Below are positions 34,381 through 43,232 of a stretch of 64,000 bases of DNA, piece by piece. The notes under the pieces were generated by a model. It saw nothing but the letters and a program-made list of their open reading frames with translations. It made no database searches and was not told where the DNA came from. The position numbers and the translations under genes are program-made. The stretch is from a virus (taxonomy: Duplodnaviria > Caudoviricetes): IMG/VR virus record IMGVR_UViG_3300021400_000012, positions 63,575-127,574 of that record. The stretch is one strand, 5' to 3'. Every line of letters starts with the position of its first letter. Within the stretch, counting starts at the first letter, position 1.

Positions 34381-34489
34381 TTAAAATTTGATTTTTTTAT
34401 AAAAATCATATATAATATATACGTAATAAAAATAAAGGAGTACTTATCATGAGGCGAAAACGCAAGTATCATAAACAAATTGAATATTT

Positions 34490-34561
34490 CCGTCAGTAGC
34501 CAAGTGGTATGGCAGCGGGCTTTTAATCCGTTCATCGCAGGTTCGAATCCTGTCTGGCGGA
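34490..34561 (+). tRNA. tRNA-Lys(UUU)
   Basis: Loop CT TTT AA. Confidence 0.85.
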
Positions 34562-34564
34562 CAT

Positions 34565-34636
34565 GCCTGATTCGTCCAATGGCAGGATAGCAGACTCTTA
34601 ATCTGTAAGCTCTCGGTTCAAGTCCGAGATCAGGCA
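34565..34636 (+). tRNA. tRNA-Lys(CUU)
   Basis: Loop CT CTT AA. Confidence 0.85.
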
Positions 34637-34641
34637 TTTGA

Positions 34642-34684
34642 ACTCCAGTAGCTCAGTGGACAGAACAACGGTCTTCTAAACCGT
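34642..34684 (+). pseudogene. Truncated tRNA-Arg(UCU), 5' half only
   Basis: Acceptor 5' strand, D arm and ACGGT-CT TCT AA-ACCGT present; no T arm or 3' acceptor strand. Confidence 0.7.
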
Positions 34685-34716
34685 TTTCCTACTTATAAAT
34701 TAAAGGAGTAAAAACA

Positions 34717-34866
34717 ATGACAATTTAGGATAAATTAGTTATTTTATATCTGCGGCGCAATAAACTTGAAGCTAATGGAAAAAATTTCAAAAGTCCTGGT
34801 GTTCTGCGGAAGGTAAATCGGCAGATTCGTAATTTAAATGATAACGTAGGTGCTTCAAACCATTGA
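34717..34866 (+). CDS. Small basic protein
   Basis: SD AAGGAG; MTI(TAG)DKL...KSPGVLRKVNRQIRNL. Confidence 0.55.
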
Positions 34867-35158
34867 TAAATTTAAGATGGCAGATCCAGTTAATATAGAA
34901 TCTAAATATATGAATGGTGATTGCTATCCATTTGCTAAAGCTTTAGTTAAAAAGTTTCAAGGTACATTATATTATTTGCCAGTTGATAATCATTTTGTAG
35001 CTTATATTGATGGTCATTTTTTCGACATACGTGGGCTACTTACTGAAGACCAAGTTAGTCCAAATTTCACTTGGTCCGAATATTAGTTAATTGAGCCATT
35101 AGACGCAGAACGAACTAAATATTATTGTATTCGTGGGAAAGAAAATTTGGAGCTTTGA
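34838..35158 (+). CDS. Hypothetical protein with possible Cys-His-Asp triad
   Basis: YMNGDCYPFA...HFVAYIDGHFFDIRG; 2 TAGs. Confidence 0.6.
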
Positions 35159-35246
35159 AAAATTGAAAATTTTTTAAATTTTTGGTATACTATTTATATA
35201 AGATAAAAAGAGAAATAACTCTTAGAAATCTTATAAAAAATTAAGG

Positions 35247-35284
35247 TTCTTAATTTTGACAAATTAAGAAACTTTTGATATAAT
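35247..35284 (+). promoter_or_regulatory. Consensus sigmaA promoter with palindromic operator over -35
   Basis: TTGACA-17-TATAAT with TG; TTCTTAATTT-tgac-AAATTAAGAA inverted repeat. Confidence 0.75.
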
Positions 35285-35290
35285 TATTAT

Positions 35291-35510
35291 ATAAAATCAA
35301 GAGGGTATTTTATATAATCTTTCTTCCTTTCTTTTGACAAAAATCCCTTGGAAGCGCATATCATTTATTGTATCCCCTTCTTGTCTTGTGGGTATGGCTT
35401 TTATGTAAGTTATGGGATATGCGGTGTAACTTACTTTTTATATTGGATCGACAGAGTTGCTTTTCGGCAACTCTCTCCATCCTTATTCTTATCTTTATTT
35501 TCCCCTTTTA
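35291..35510 (+). ncRNA. Candidate anti-Shine-Dalgarno sRNA (or long 5' UTR)
   Basis: No ORF; three hairpins with C/U-rich loops including TCTTCCTTTCTTTTGA. Confidence 0.45.
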
Positions 35511-35571
35511 TTTTTAAAATTTAATAAAATAAAAAAATAGGGTTAATATCCTATTTTATTTGCGTACGAAA

Positions 35572-35952
35572 ATGGCTTATATATTTTATAATTCAAACCC
35601 AGAACATATAATTGTGGGTGATTGTGTCATACGTGGAATTAGTGTTCTTACAAGCCAAACCTGGAATGACGTTTATATTGCCCTATGTAATGAAGGTTTA
35701 CTTATGCATGACATGCCTTCTTCAAATGCCGTATGGGGCTCTTATTTAATAAAAAATGGATATGTTAGACGAATAATTCCCAATACTTGCCCACAATGTT
35801 ACACAGTAGAAGATTTTTGTTTAGATCATCCATTTGGAAAATTTTTACTTGCAACAGGAACGCATGTCGTTGCGGTCTAGAATGGAAATTATTTTGATAC
35901 TTGGGATAGTGGTAATGAAATTCCAATTTACTATTTTAAAAAGGAGGAATAA
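35572..35952 (+). CDS. Putative papain/C39-like peptidase-fold protein
   Basis: GDCVIRG...HVVAV(TAG)NGNYFDTWDSG. Confidence 0.7.
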
Positions 35953-35955
35953 ATA

Positions 35956-36375
35956 ATGGCATATGATAATTATTATAATAATGCTAATCCATATATGTAT
36001 TCACAGGCTTATTAGGCGCCCGCGCTATAGAGGCAAATGATTTCACCGAATCAAAATTTACAAATTCAAAATGGTGGTTTTGTGTCTGTACGTAGTGAAT
36101 AGGAAGCACGAAATTATCCTGTAGCGCCAGGTAATAGTGTTACTTTTAGGGATGAAACTGCTCCGTATGTATATACTAAAACTATGGGCTTTTCTCAGCT
36201 AGACAGGCCAGTGTTTGAAAAATATCGACTTATAAAAGAAGAAATTCCAGAAGAACGCACCCCTACTAACTCAATAGACAATAATTTTCAAAAGAAATTT
36301 GAAGATGAAATTAATTAGATTTGGGAGCAAATAAAAATTTTAAAAGAGTCTAAGAAAGAGGTGGTAGAAAAATGA
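35956..36375 (+). CDS. Conserved-looking Clostridia phage hypothetical protein
   Basis: Q/Y/N-rich N-terminus; VRSE(TAG)EARNYPVAPGNSV. Confidence 0.7.
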
Positions 36376-36590
36376 TAAATTTATTTAATTTAATGTAGAT
36401 GTATCAACAATTTCGTTAGAATCCTATACAAATGTTATCAAGGCGCTTTAATATTCCTCAGACTATGAATAATCCACAAGAAATTATTTAGTACTTATTA
36501 AATTCAGGATAGATTACTCAAAATCAGGTCAATCAAGTAATGCAAATGCGAGAAGACCCGCAAATCCAATAGTTATTTAATATGAAGTAA
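36372..36590 (+). CDS. Gln-rich small protein
   Basis: NNPQEII(TAG)YLLNSG(TAG)ITQNQ; 5 TAGs. Confidence 0.7.
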
Positions 36591-36673
36591 AAGTCGGTGC
36601 ACAGGCTTTTATAATAAACGGATTACATATAGAATGTAATTCTTAACCTACAAAAATTATAGGAGGTAACATT

Positions 36674-37435
36674 ATGTCTTTATCTGAAAATGGAGGCACA
36701 AACGGTTTCTATATGCCTGTAGCTCCCGCTTATGCAGGAAGTTTTGGCGGCAACAGTTTTGGTGGCGGTTTTGGCGGCGACTGGGGCTGGATTATTCTGC
36801 TTTTACTTTTTGCAGGCGGCGGCTGGGGTAATGGTTTCGGCGGAGGCAATCTTGGCTATGATTTCCCATGGCTTATGACTGGCCAGCAGAATATTAACTC
36901 TAATACAAATGGCGGTTTTAGGGACGCAATGCTTAATGATGGTATTACTTCCATTCGCGACGGTCTGAATGATTTATCTACTCAGATTTGTAATAGTGGC
37001 TTTAATACTCAGACAGCATTGTTATAGGGCTTTAATAGCTTACAGGCCCAACAGGCTCAGTGTTGCTGCGACAACAGAGCAAGCATCGCCGATTTAAAGT
37101 ATACTGTAGCTACTGAAGCTTGCGCAAATCGCTCTGCTGTAAATGAGGCCCTGCGGGACGTGTTGGCAGCAAATACAGCATCGACCCAACGGATTCTTGA
37201 TCAGCTTTGTGCTGATAAGATTGAACAGAAAAATGATACGATTGCGCAGCTTCGCTCCGAACTTATGTATGCTCGCGGGCAAGCTTCTCAAGATGTGCAG
37301 ACTGCTGCAATTCAGGCTGGTCAGCGTGCTCTTGCAAACGAAGTTGAACAATATGTCTTACCAACCCCACGTCCAGCTTATATTGTTCAAAATCCAAATT
37401 GCTGCTACACTAATACTTGTGGCTGCGGCATGTAA
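36674..37435 (+). CDS. Gly-rich TM / coiled-coil / Cys-tail protein
   Basis: Joins two track ORFs through a TAG; GGDWGWIILLLLF, AQCCCDNR, PAYIVQNPNCC...CGCGM. Confidence 0.8.
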
Positions 37436-37449
37436 TTGGAGGCAGCGCT

Positions 37450-37914
37450 ATGGCAGAATATTTAACAAGAGATACGGTTGAAAGTGTAGCTTTAAATACT
37501 GCAATTCCGTTTATTGATTCTATTCCCTGCAATAAAGGATATATATATCATTAGAGTGGTACGGGAATTTTTGTTCTGCGTGGTATTGTAAATAATCCCA
37601 ATGCTTGCTTCGCGCGGTATGAGGTTGAATTTACTGGCAATATCGCAATTCCAACTGGCGGCGCCGTAACTCCAATAGCTACAGCTATTATTGTGTCGGG
37701 AGAAGATCGACAAGGAAGTAGAAGTATTTTTACTCCCGCAGCGGTAGATGAATATGGAAATGTAACCAGTCGTGCCACAGTAGATGTTCCTCGTGGATGC
37801 TGCTTTACGGTATCTGTAGAATATGTAAGCGGAATAGTAAATGATCCAACCACCACACCTACCCCATTAATTAATGTAATTGATGGAAGTTTAAGTATTT
37901 CTAGAGCAGCTTAA
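37450..37914 (+). CDS. Beta-sandwich protein, possibly BclA C-terminal/C1q-like
   Basis: SD GGAGG; H(TAG)SGTGIFVLRG...YEVEFTGNI; alternating beta pattern. Confidence 0.65.
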
Positions 37915-37929
37915 AAAGGAGATTAAAAG

Positions 37930-38373
37930 ATGAAAGCTATGAAAGAATTAAAGTATCTTCTGGAAGAAGAGCTTGAAAAAATTGTTAGAAAAGGCGACAT
38001 CACTCCTACTGAACTAGAACGAGTTGACAAAGCGATAGATATTATTAAAGATATTGAGACGATCTGCGCCATGAAAGAATATGGGTATGAAGATGAAGAA
38101 GGATATTCTGAACGCTATCCTTATTATATGAGAGATGGCGGTTCTTATTCAATGCGTGATAATAGTTATCGTCGTGGGAGAGATGGCATGACTGGCCGCT
38201 ATATCAGTAGAGATATGGATCCCCGTTATTATGGAGATGGGCGGTCATATGATTATTCTGGACATGCCAGCAAAGAAGATTTAAAAAAGGATTTAAAAGA
38301 GATGATGACTAATACAAGCTCTGATAAAGAGCGTATGGCCATTCAGCAACTCCTGGAACAATGGAAGGATTAA
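37930..38373 (+). CDS. Hypothetical protein (RGRDxxGRYxSR motif)
   Basis: Intact ORF, followed by terminator GTAGAGGCGG/CCGCCTCTAC. Confidence 0.75.
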   Translation: MKAMKELKYLLEEELEKIVRKGDITPTELERVDKAIDIIKDIETICAMKEYGYEDEEGYSERYPYYMRDGGSYSMRDNSYRRGRDGMTGRYISRDMDPRYYGDGRSYDYSGHASKEDLKKDLKEMMTNTSSDKERMAIQQLLEQWKD

Positions 38374-38421
38374 TAAGGGTAGAGGCGGTTTTCCCGCCTC
38401 TACTTTTAAATTTTAATCTAT

Positions 38422-38554
38422 TTTAAAATTTGAAAAATATTTAAAAATATTATATAATATATATACAAGATGAAAAGAAAAACAAATAAAAAGTTTTAAA
38501 AAATAAAGACCTTTAAAATTTGAAAAATATTTAAAAATATTATATAATATATAT
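38422..38554 (+). promoter_or_regulatory. Tandem duplicated promoter upstream of large ncRNA
   Basis: 43-bp identical repeats at 38422 and 38512, each TTGAAA-17-TATAAT. Confidence 0.8.
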
Positions 38555-38594
38555 GTAAGATGAAAGAGAAAGTACTTTGAAAAATATATAATTA

Positions 38595-39130
38595 CAGTAA
38601 CTCAGTGAAGACCGAAAGCGACTTTCGGGCTGAGATGGGGCGGCAAGGCTACCGTAGGACACGAAGCAAGGATACTTGCGGATATTGCGGGTGTATGTAA
38701 TGTGAATTACATACCCAAGCGGAGAGAACTCCCACTAGTCACATTGCCCCAGTACTGAAGTTAATTGCCGATAAAAGTAGGATACGAGTGGGCGGTGTAA
38801 TAGAAAGCAAGTTGAATAGACTTGCCGAATCCAAGTTAGGCTCGGACGGGTGGTGCCGAAAGCAATCCTTGGAAACTTACCAAACAAACCGTTGCGCAGT
38901 TGAAATAATCACTTGTATGCAACTCCAAGTAGCGGAAATCTGCGGTGCAAATATTAGCAAGTATGGCGTGCGTGTGAACGTTAAAATTCCTCTGAACGTC
39001 CCGTGAAAGGTAGAAGTAATCAATCTTCTTATGGATTAAAGGTGAAGAACCTGTGTCCGTGGAAAACGGACGGGGTAAGAAGCTATGGGGTAGCTCCCCA
39101 TGTCTCAGACTTATCTCCCATATAGCCAAA
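38595..39130 (+). ncRNA. Probable ROOL large ornate RNA
   Basis: ~540 nt, non-coding, GC-richer, many stems; 5' CTGAGATGGG can pair with 3' CCCATGTCTCAG; blocks GTACT..AGTAGGATACGAG, GAATCCA, GCTC...AGAC..ATC resemble ROOL as recalled; adjacent to tRNAs. Confidence 0.65.
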
Positions 39131-39694
39131 TATATCGACATTAAATGGCAGCAACGCGAAGGCGTACAGTAATTATATATTTTTGAGAGTACATTCTCTC
39201 ATGGAAGTAAAATAAAGTGCGACGGTGCTTTAGGGTATAAGTTGGCTGATTAGTAGTTGTACGCAGCATGAATTTGATTTCCCACGCTGGACGTGGCGGA
39301 ATTAATCTTGTTCGTAATAAGGCCCGAAGCAAGAGGTGGACTATTATTCCACAACTCTTCCTTATATCCACTTTTATAATGTATCAAGATCAACATTGGC
39401 ATGCTGGCAATAAAAAAGCCAATGAGATGTTGTGCCTAGCACGGGGATGGGAGAGCGATGCTCCCAATAAGTGCCATCCATATGAGCGCAAAAAATACTG
39501 GCGATAAAAAAGGGACGCCATAAGAAAACAACAGAAGATACTAAAAAAGACGATAGGTCTATAAACTTCTGGCTGCGACCAGATCAACCGCACGGAGTAA
39601 CTCCAACCGCGTCCATCCTGGCTCGGTATATAAACGCATCGGGAGAGCAAGGAAACTGTATTTAGGAAAACCATTAGGGAGTACGTAATCCCTA

Positions 39695-39774
39695 CTATTC
39701 AGAAGTGCCCAAGGAGGGGAGCGCCGTCGCCGTTTGGAGACGGAGAGGGTAGGTTCGATTCCTATATGAATAGT
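39695..39774 (+). ncRNA. Degenerate tRNA-like element
   Basis: CTATTCA/TGAATAG acceptor, GTAGG-TTCGATT-CCTAT T-arm, CCGTC/GACGG stem with 10-nt loop. Confidence 0.5.
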
Positions 39775-39779
39775 TTCAT

Positions 39780-39851
39780 CGCGGTGTGGAGCAATGGAAG
39801 CTTGCCAGGCCCATTACCTGGAGGTTGCAGGTTCAAGTCCTGTCACCGCTA
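39780..39851 (+). tRNA. Initiator-type tRNA-fMet(CAU)
   Basis: CGCGGTG acceptor with C1 mismatch, A11:U24; loop CC CAT TA. Confidence 0.85.
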
Positions 39852-40322
39852 TTAGCGCCGAGAACAAATGGCAGGCGCGTAACAAATCTGAAATGTGTGG
39901 TACAATCTTTACCTTAAAGATTATCGGCTCGCGCTATATAGCCGCCCGTGTTGGCCGCTGATCCTATGTGCCGATTTTAGCGAGTGAAAAGCCGCGAATA
40001 ACTCGTCATATATTTCTCTTACAGGAGGTATCGCCAATGAAACATGCGCTAACTACTGTCAGAGGTATTAGTCACATTGGCTAATATTCGAGGTCAATAC
40101 ACGGATTTATAGGACAATCAAAGTCTGAAGTTCAACTACCACCGGCAGGGCAACCAGGTTTATCCAACTTATAAGACCCTGATATGTGGCATTGCGGCAG
40201 AGACCTCGGTAAAAACTAAACAGGCGAAGTAAACTTATTTTTATATAATTATAGCCCAGTAAAACTGGGCTTTAAAATAATTTAGGGATAGGAACCTAAA
40301 TAAAATTCCAAGGAGGAGTGGA

Positions 40323-40625
40323 ATGAAATACTATTCAGAGTTACTTAAAAAGACCTACGATTCAGAAAAAGATTGTTTAAAGGCTGAAAAAGAGTATAAC
40401 GAAAAGCTCGAGGCCGAAGAAAAGCGTAAGAAAGAGCTGACTGAAACGCGCAAAGAGCGCGCAAAGGAAGTCGAAGATGCTTACAAGGCCGTTCAGGATG
40501 CGCAGAAGCATTACAATGAACTGAGAAATCAGTTTGTTAAAGACTATGGTTCATTTCATATGACTTTTTCGTCTAACAATGACGATTGGAATAGTCTTTT
40601 TGAAGAGTGGTTTAAGATTTTCTAA
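40323..40625 (+). CDS. Coiled-coil hypothetical protein
   Basis: SD AAGGAGG; E/K-rich helix. Confidence 0.75.
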   Translation: MKYYSELLKKTYDSEKDCLKAEKEYNEKLEAEEKRKKELTETRKERAKEVEDAYKAVQDAQKHYNELRNQFVKDYGSFHMTFSSNNDDWNSLFEEWFKIF

Positions 40626-40734
40626 TTTAGAAAATTGCCGATATAGCGCGGGGCGGAAGTTCCGCGCTATTTTTTTGGAGAAATAAGCATTATTTTTCAC
40701 TTATATATAGGATAGTTTTATCGAGGAGCTTGTG

Positions 40735-41358
40735 ATGGCAGAAGATATATTAAAAGTATTGTTAGAAGATTGTGATGCAAACTTACAGCTAGCTTCACCG
40801 TCTTTAGTAAACTACTATCATGACTTTAACAATCGATGCTTGTGGTTGGATAGTGAAATCGATGAAGATAATTTTAGCTTAGTGCAAGCAATTATTCGCT
40901 GGAATCAAGATGATGTAGATATTCCAGTCGAATCACGTAAACCAATTAAAATTTTCTTCCATTCTCCAGGCGGGAGCTTGGATGTAGGAGAAATTCTAAC
41001 AAGCGTCATTAAATTATCGCGCACTCCAGTGTACGGTATAGCATTAGGTATGGTGGCGTCGGCTGCGACTCTCGTCTATCTTGGATGCCATAAACGCTAT
41101 GCTTTACCCAATGCTTATTTTATCCTACATAGGGGTTCCTGCGAAGGTATTGGTGGTAACTACAATGAAATCTAGGCCGCGATGGAAGATTATCGTCTTC
41201 AAATCGCGCGCATGGAAAAATTTTATATTGAAAATACCACTTATCCTGAGGAGGTTATTAAGTCAAAAATTCAAACAGATTGGTACATTCATTGCGAAGA
41301 AGCTATGAAATATGGTATCGTGACCGATTTGATTGAAAGTATTGACGTATTATTATAA
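40735..41358 (+). CDS. clpP: ClpP-family protease
   Basis: IKIFFHSPGGS, GMVASAA (Ser), FILH (His), DWY...EAMKYGIVTD; one TAG. Confidence 0.85.
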
Positions 41359-42179
41359 TGGACTATACAGGTTATAAAATTAAATAGTTAAGTGAATCTG
41401 ATCTTTCTGAATTTTATCAAGGGACATTAAAAGTCCCAGACTTAAAAGTTAATGAATATTTAATTATAACCGATAAAGACAATAATGTTATTGATTACGG
41501 TCAATAGCAGAATGATAAAATTATTTAGGTGCCATATCCAGTACTTGAATCCGAGTTTAGTGGGACAATGAAGCCGCGCAATCCGCAGCAATATTGTGCT
41601 ATGAACTTATTATAGAATCGTTCTATTCCATTGAAACTTATTACCGGTAACTTCGGAAGTGGGAAAACAATGATGTGCGTCATAGCTGCATTGGAATAGG
41701 TTTCAAAAGGTCATTTTGATAAAATTATTTTTGTAAGAAATAACGTTCAAGTTAAAGATACTGATCCGCTTGGTGCTTTGCCAGGCACTGAGCATCAAAA
41801 GCTGCTACCATATTTAATGCCATTTGCAGATCATTGCGGCGGCGTGGAAGGTCTATAGCTTTGGATTGATTAGAATCAATTAGAAGTAATTCCATTAGCG
41901 TTTTTACGTGGCCGCAGTATTCGTAATGCAATTATATATTCTATGGAATCAGAAAACCTGACAAAAGAACATATACAGTTAATTATGGGACGCGTTGATG
42001 CGGGATCGGAGCTTTGGCTTGATGGTGATATAAAACAAAGAGATAAAACTTCCTTCGAAAAATCAAAAGGCCTTGAAACTATGGTTGAGCGTTTAGCTGG
42101 AAATAAATTATTTGGATATGTACATTTAATTAAGTCTGAAAGATCAGAAATAGCACAATTAGCAGATTTGTTAGATTAA
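41358..42179 (+). CDS. phoH: PhoH-like ATPase
   Basis: PRNPQQ, TGNFGSGKT, LGALPG, LRGRSI, ESENLT, GDIKQ, ERSEIA; multiple TAGs. Confidence 0.85.
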
Positions 42180-42188
42180 GGAGGATAA

Positions 42189-43175
42189 ATGGCAACTTTA
42201 GGACATGCTGCTTCAGCGGAAGATTGTTCTGGTTTCGGCATGCCTGGAGATTAGACTGGCCGCGAGGTTAGATTAGAAACTCTTGGTAAAGACGGAAACA
42301 ACTGGGTTTATATATACAGACATCCAAATACATCTTATGCCTACAATATTGCGGAAGCTGTTCGTTAGGCGTGTATGAATGAAAATATTGGATATAGTAG
42401 AGAAATTTATACTGGCTGGGGATTAGAACATACTCGTTATGGATTATGGGAAGCAATGTCAGAAACTGGAGACATTCGAAAAATCACTAAAAAAGTAAAT
42501 TGTGACTGCTCATAGTTAGTTATTTCAGCCGTAAGAATTGCTGGTGTACCTGGCGCATCAAAATACAGGGGAATGGTTACAGCAATCGAAGATCAAACCT
42601 TATTAGCTTTAGGCTTTAAAAAGTATGGCTATAATTTATATACAATTCGTAAAGGTGATATTTTATGGCGCGAAGGTCATACGGGCGTTGTGGTTGATGG
42701 TAATGAAAATACTTTCACAAGATCACCTTCTACTACACCAAAGACTGTAAAAGCTGCGGCCGATTATGTTTATGTGCGCACCTCTCCAGAAATTAAAAAC
42801 AATACTAATGGATATCCACAAAATGTATTATCATCATGGGAAATGCTTGGTCCAAACAATTTAGTTGATGTTTGTGATGAAGATTACGCGCCAGGATGGT
42901 CGTATATTCGAATTGCAGGAGAATATTATGGCTGGGTTGAATCTAAATATTTAAAAGCTCCAGCTCCTGTGGTACCAAAGACTGGAGATACAGTTAGATT
43001 TTCAGGTAAAAAGATTTATGTTTCATCTTATTTAAATAGTAAGGGTGTAGCTGCACCTAATTTTAATGCTAAGGTCGTTTAGAAAAATAATTAGACTCAT
43101 CCATATCTGATTAAATCAGTTGGGAGCGACGGATATGAAGGATGGGTCAATGCAAAGGACATAGCTCTTATTTAA
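42189..43175 (+). CDS. Endolysin (NlpC/P60-like Cys peptidase + SH3)
   Basis: GD(TAG)TGREV, NCDCS, GDILWREGHT, SH3-like W..I...GWV; 5 TAGs. Confidence 0.8.
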
Positions 43176-43232
43176 ATAAAGATAGAGAAGGGTCTGGCGC
43201 CTTGTGTGCCAGACCTTTTTAGGAGGAAGAAA

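Noticed and set aside
28025-34637. Track ORFs such as 28025-28264, 31831-32265, 32755-33036, 33004-33288 and 34248-34637
   Set aside because: They are translations of tRNA genes or their antisense strand
34717-34866. Ribosomal protein L29 homolog
   Set aside because: Only a faint resemblance in one basic helix; insufficient without a profile search
38788-39674. Track ORFs within the large ncRNA region
   Set aside because: No SD sites, atypical composition, and overlap with extensive RNA stems
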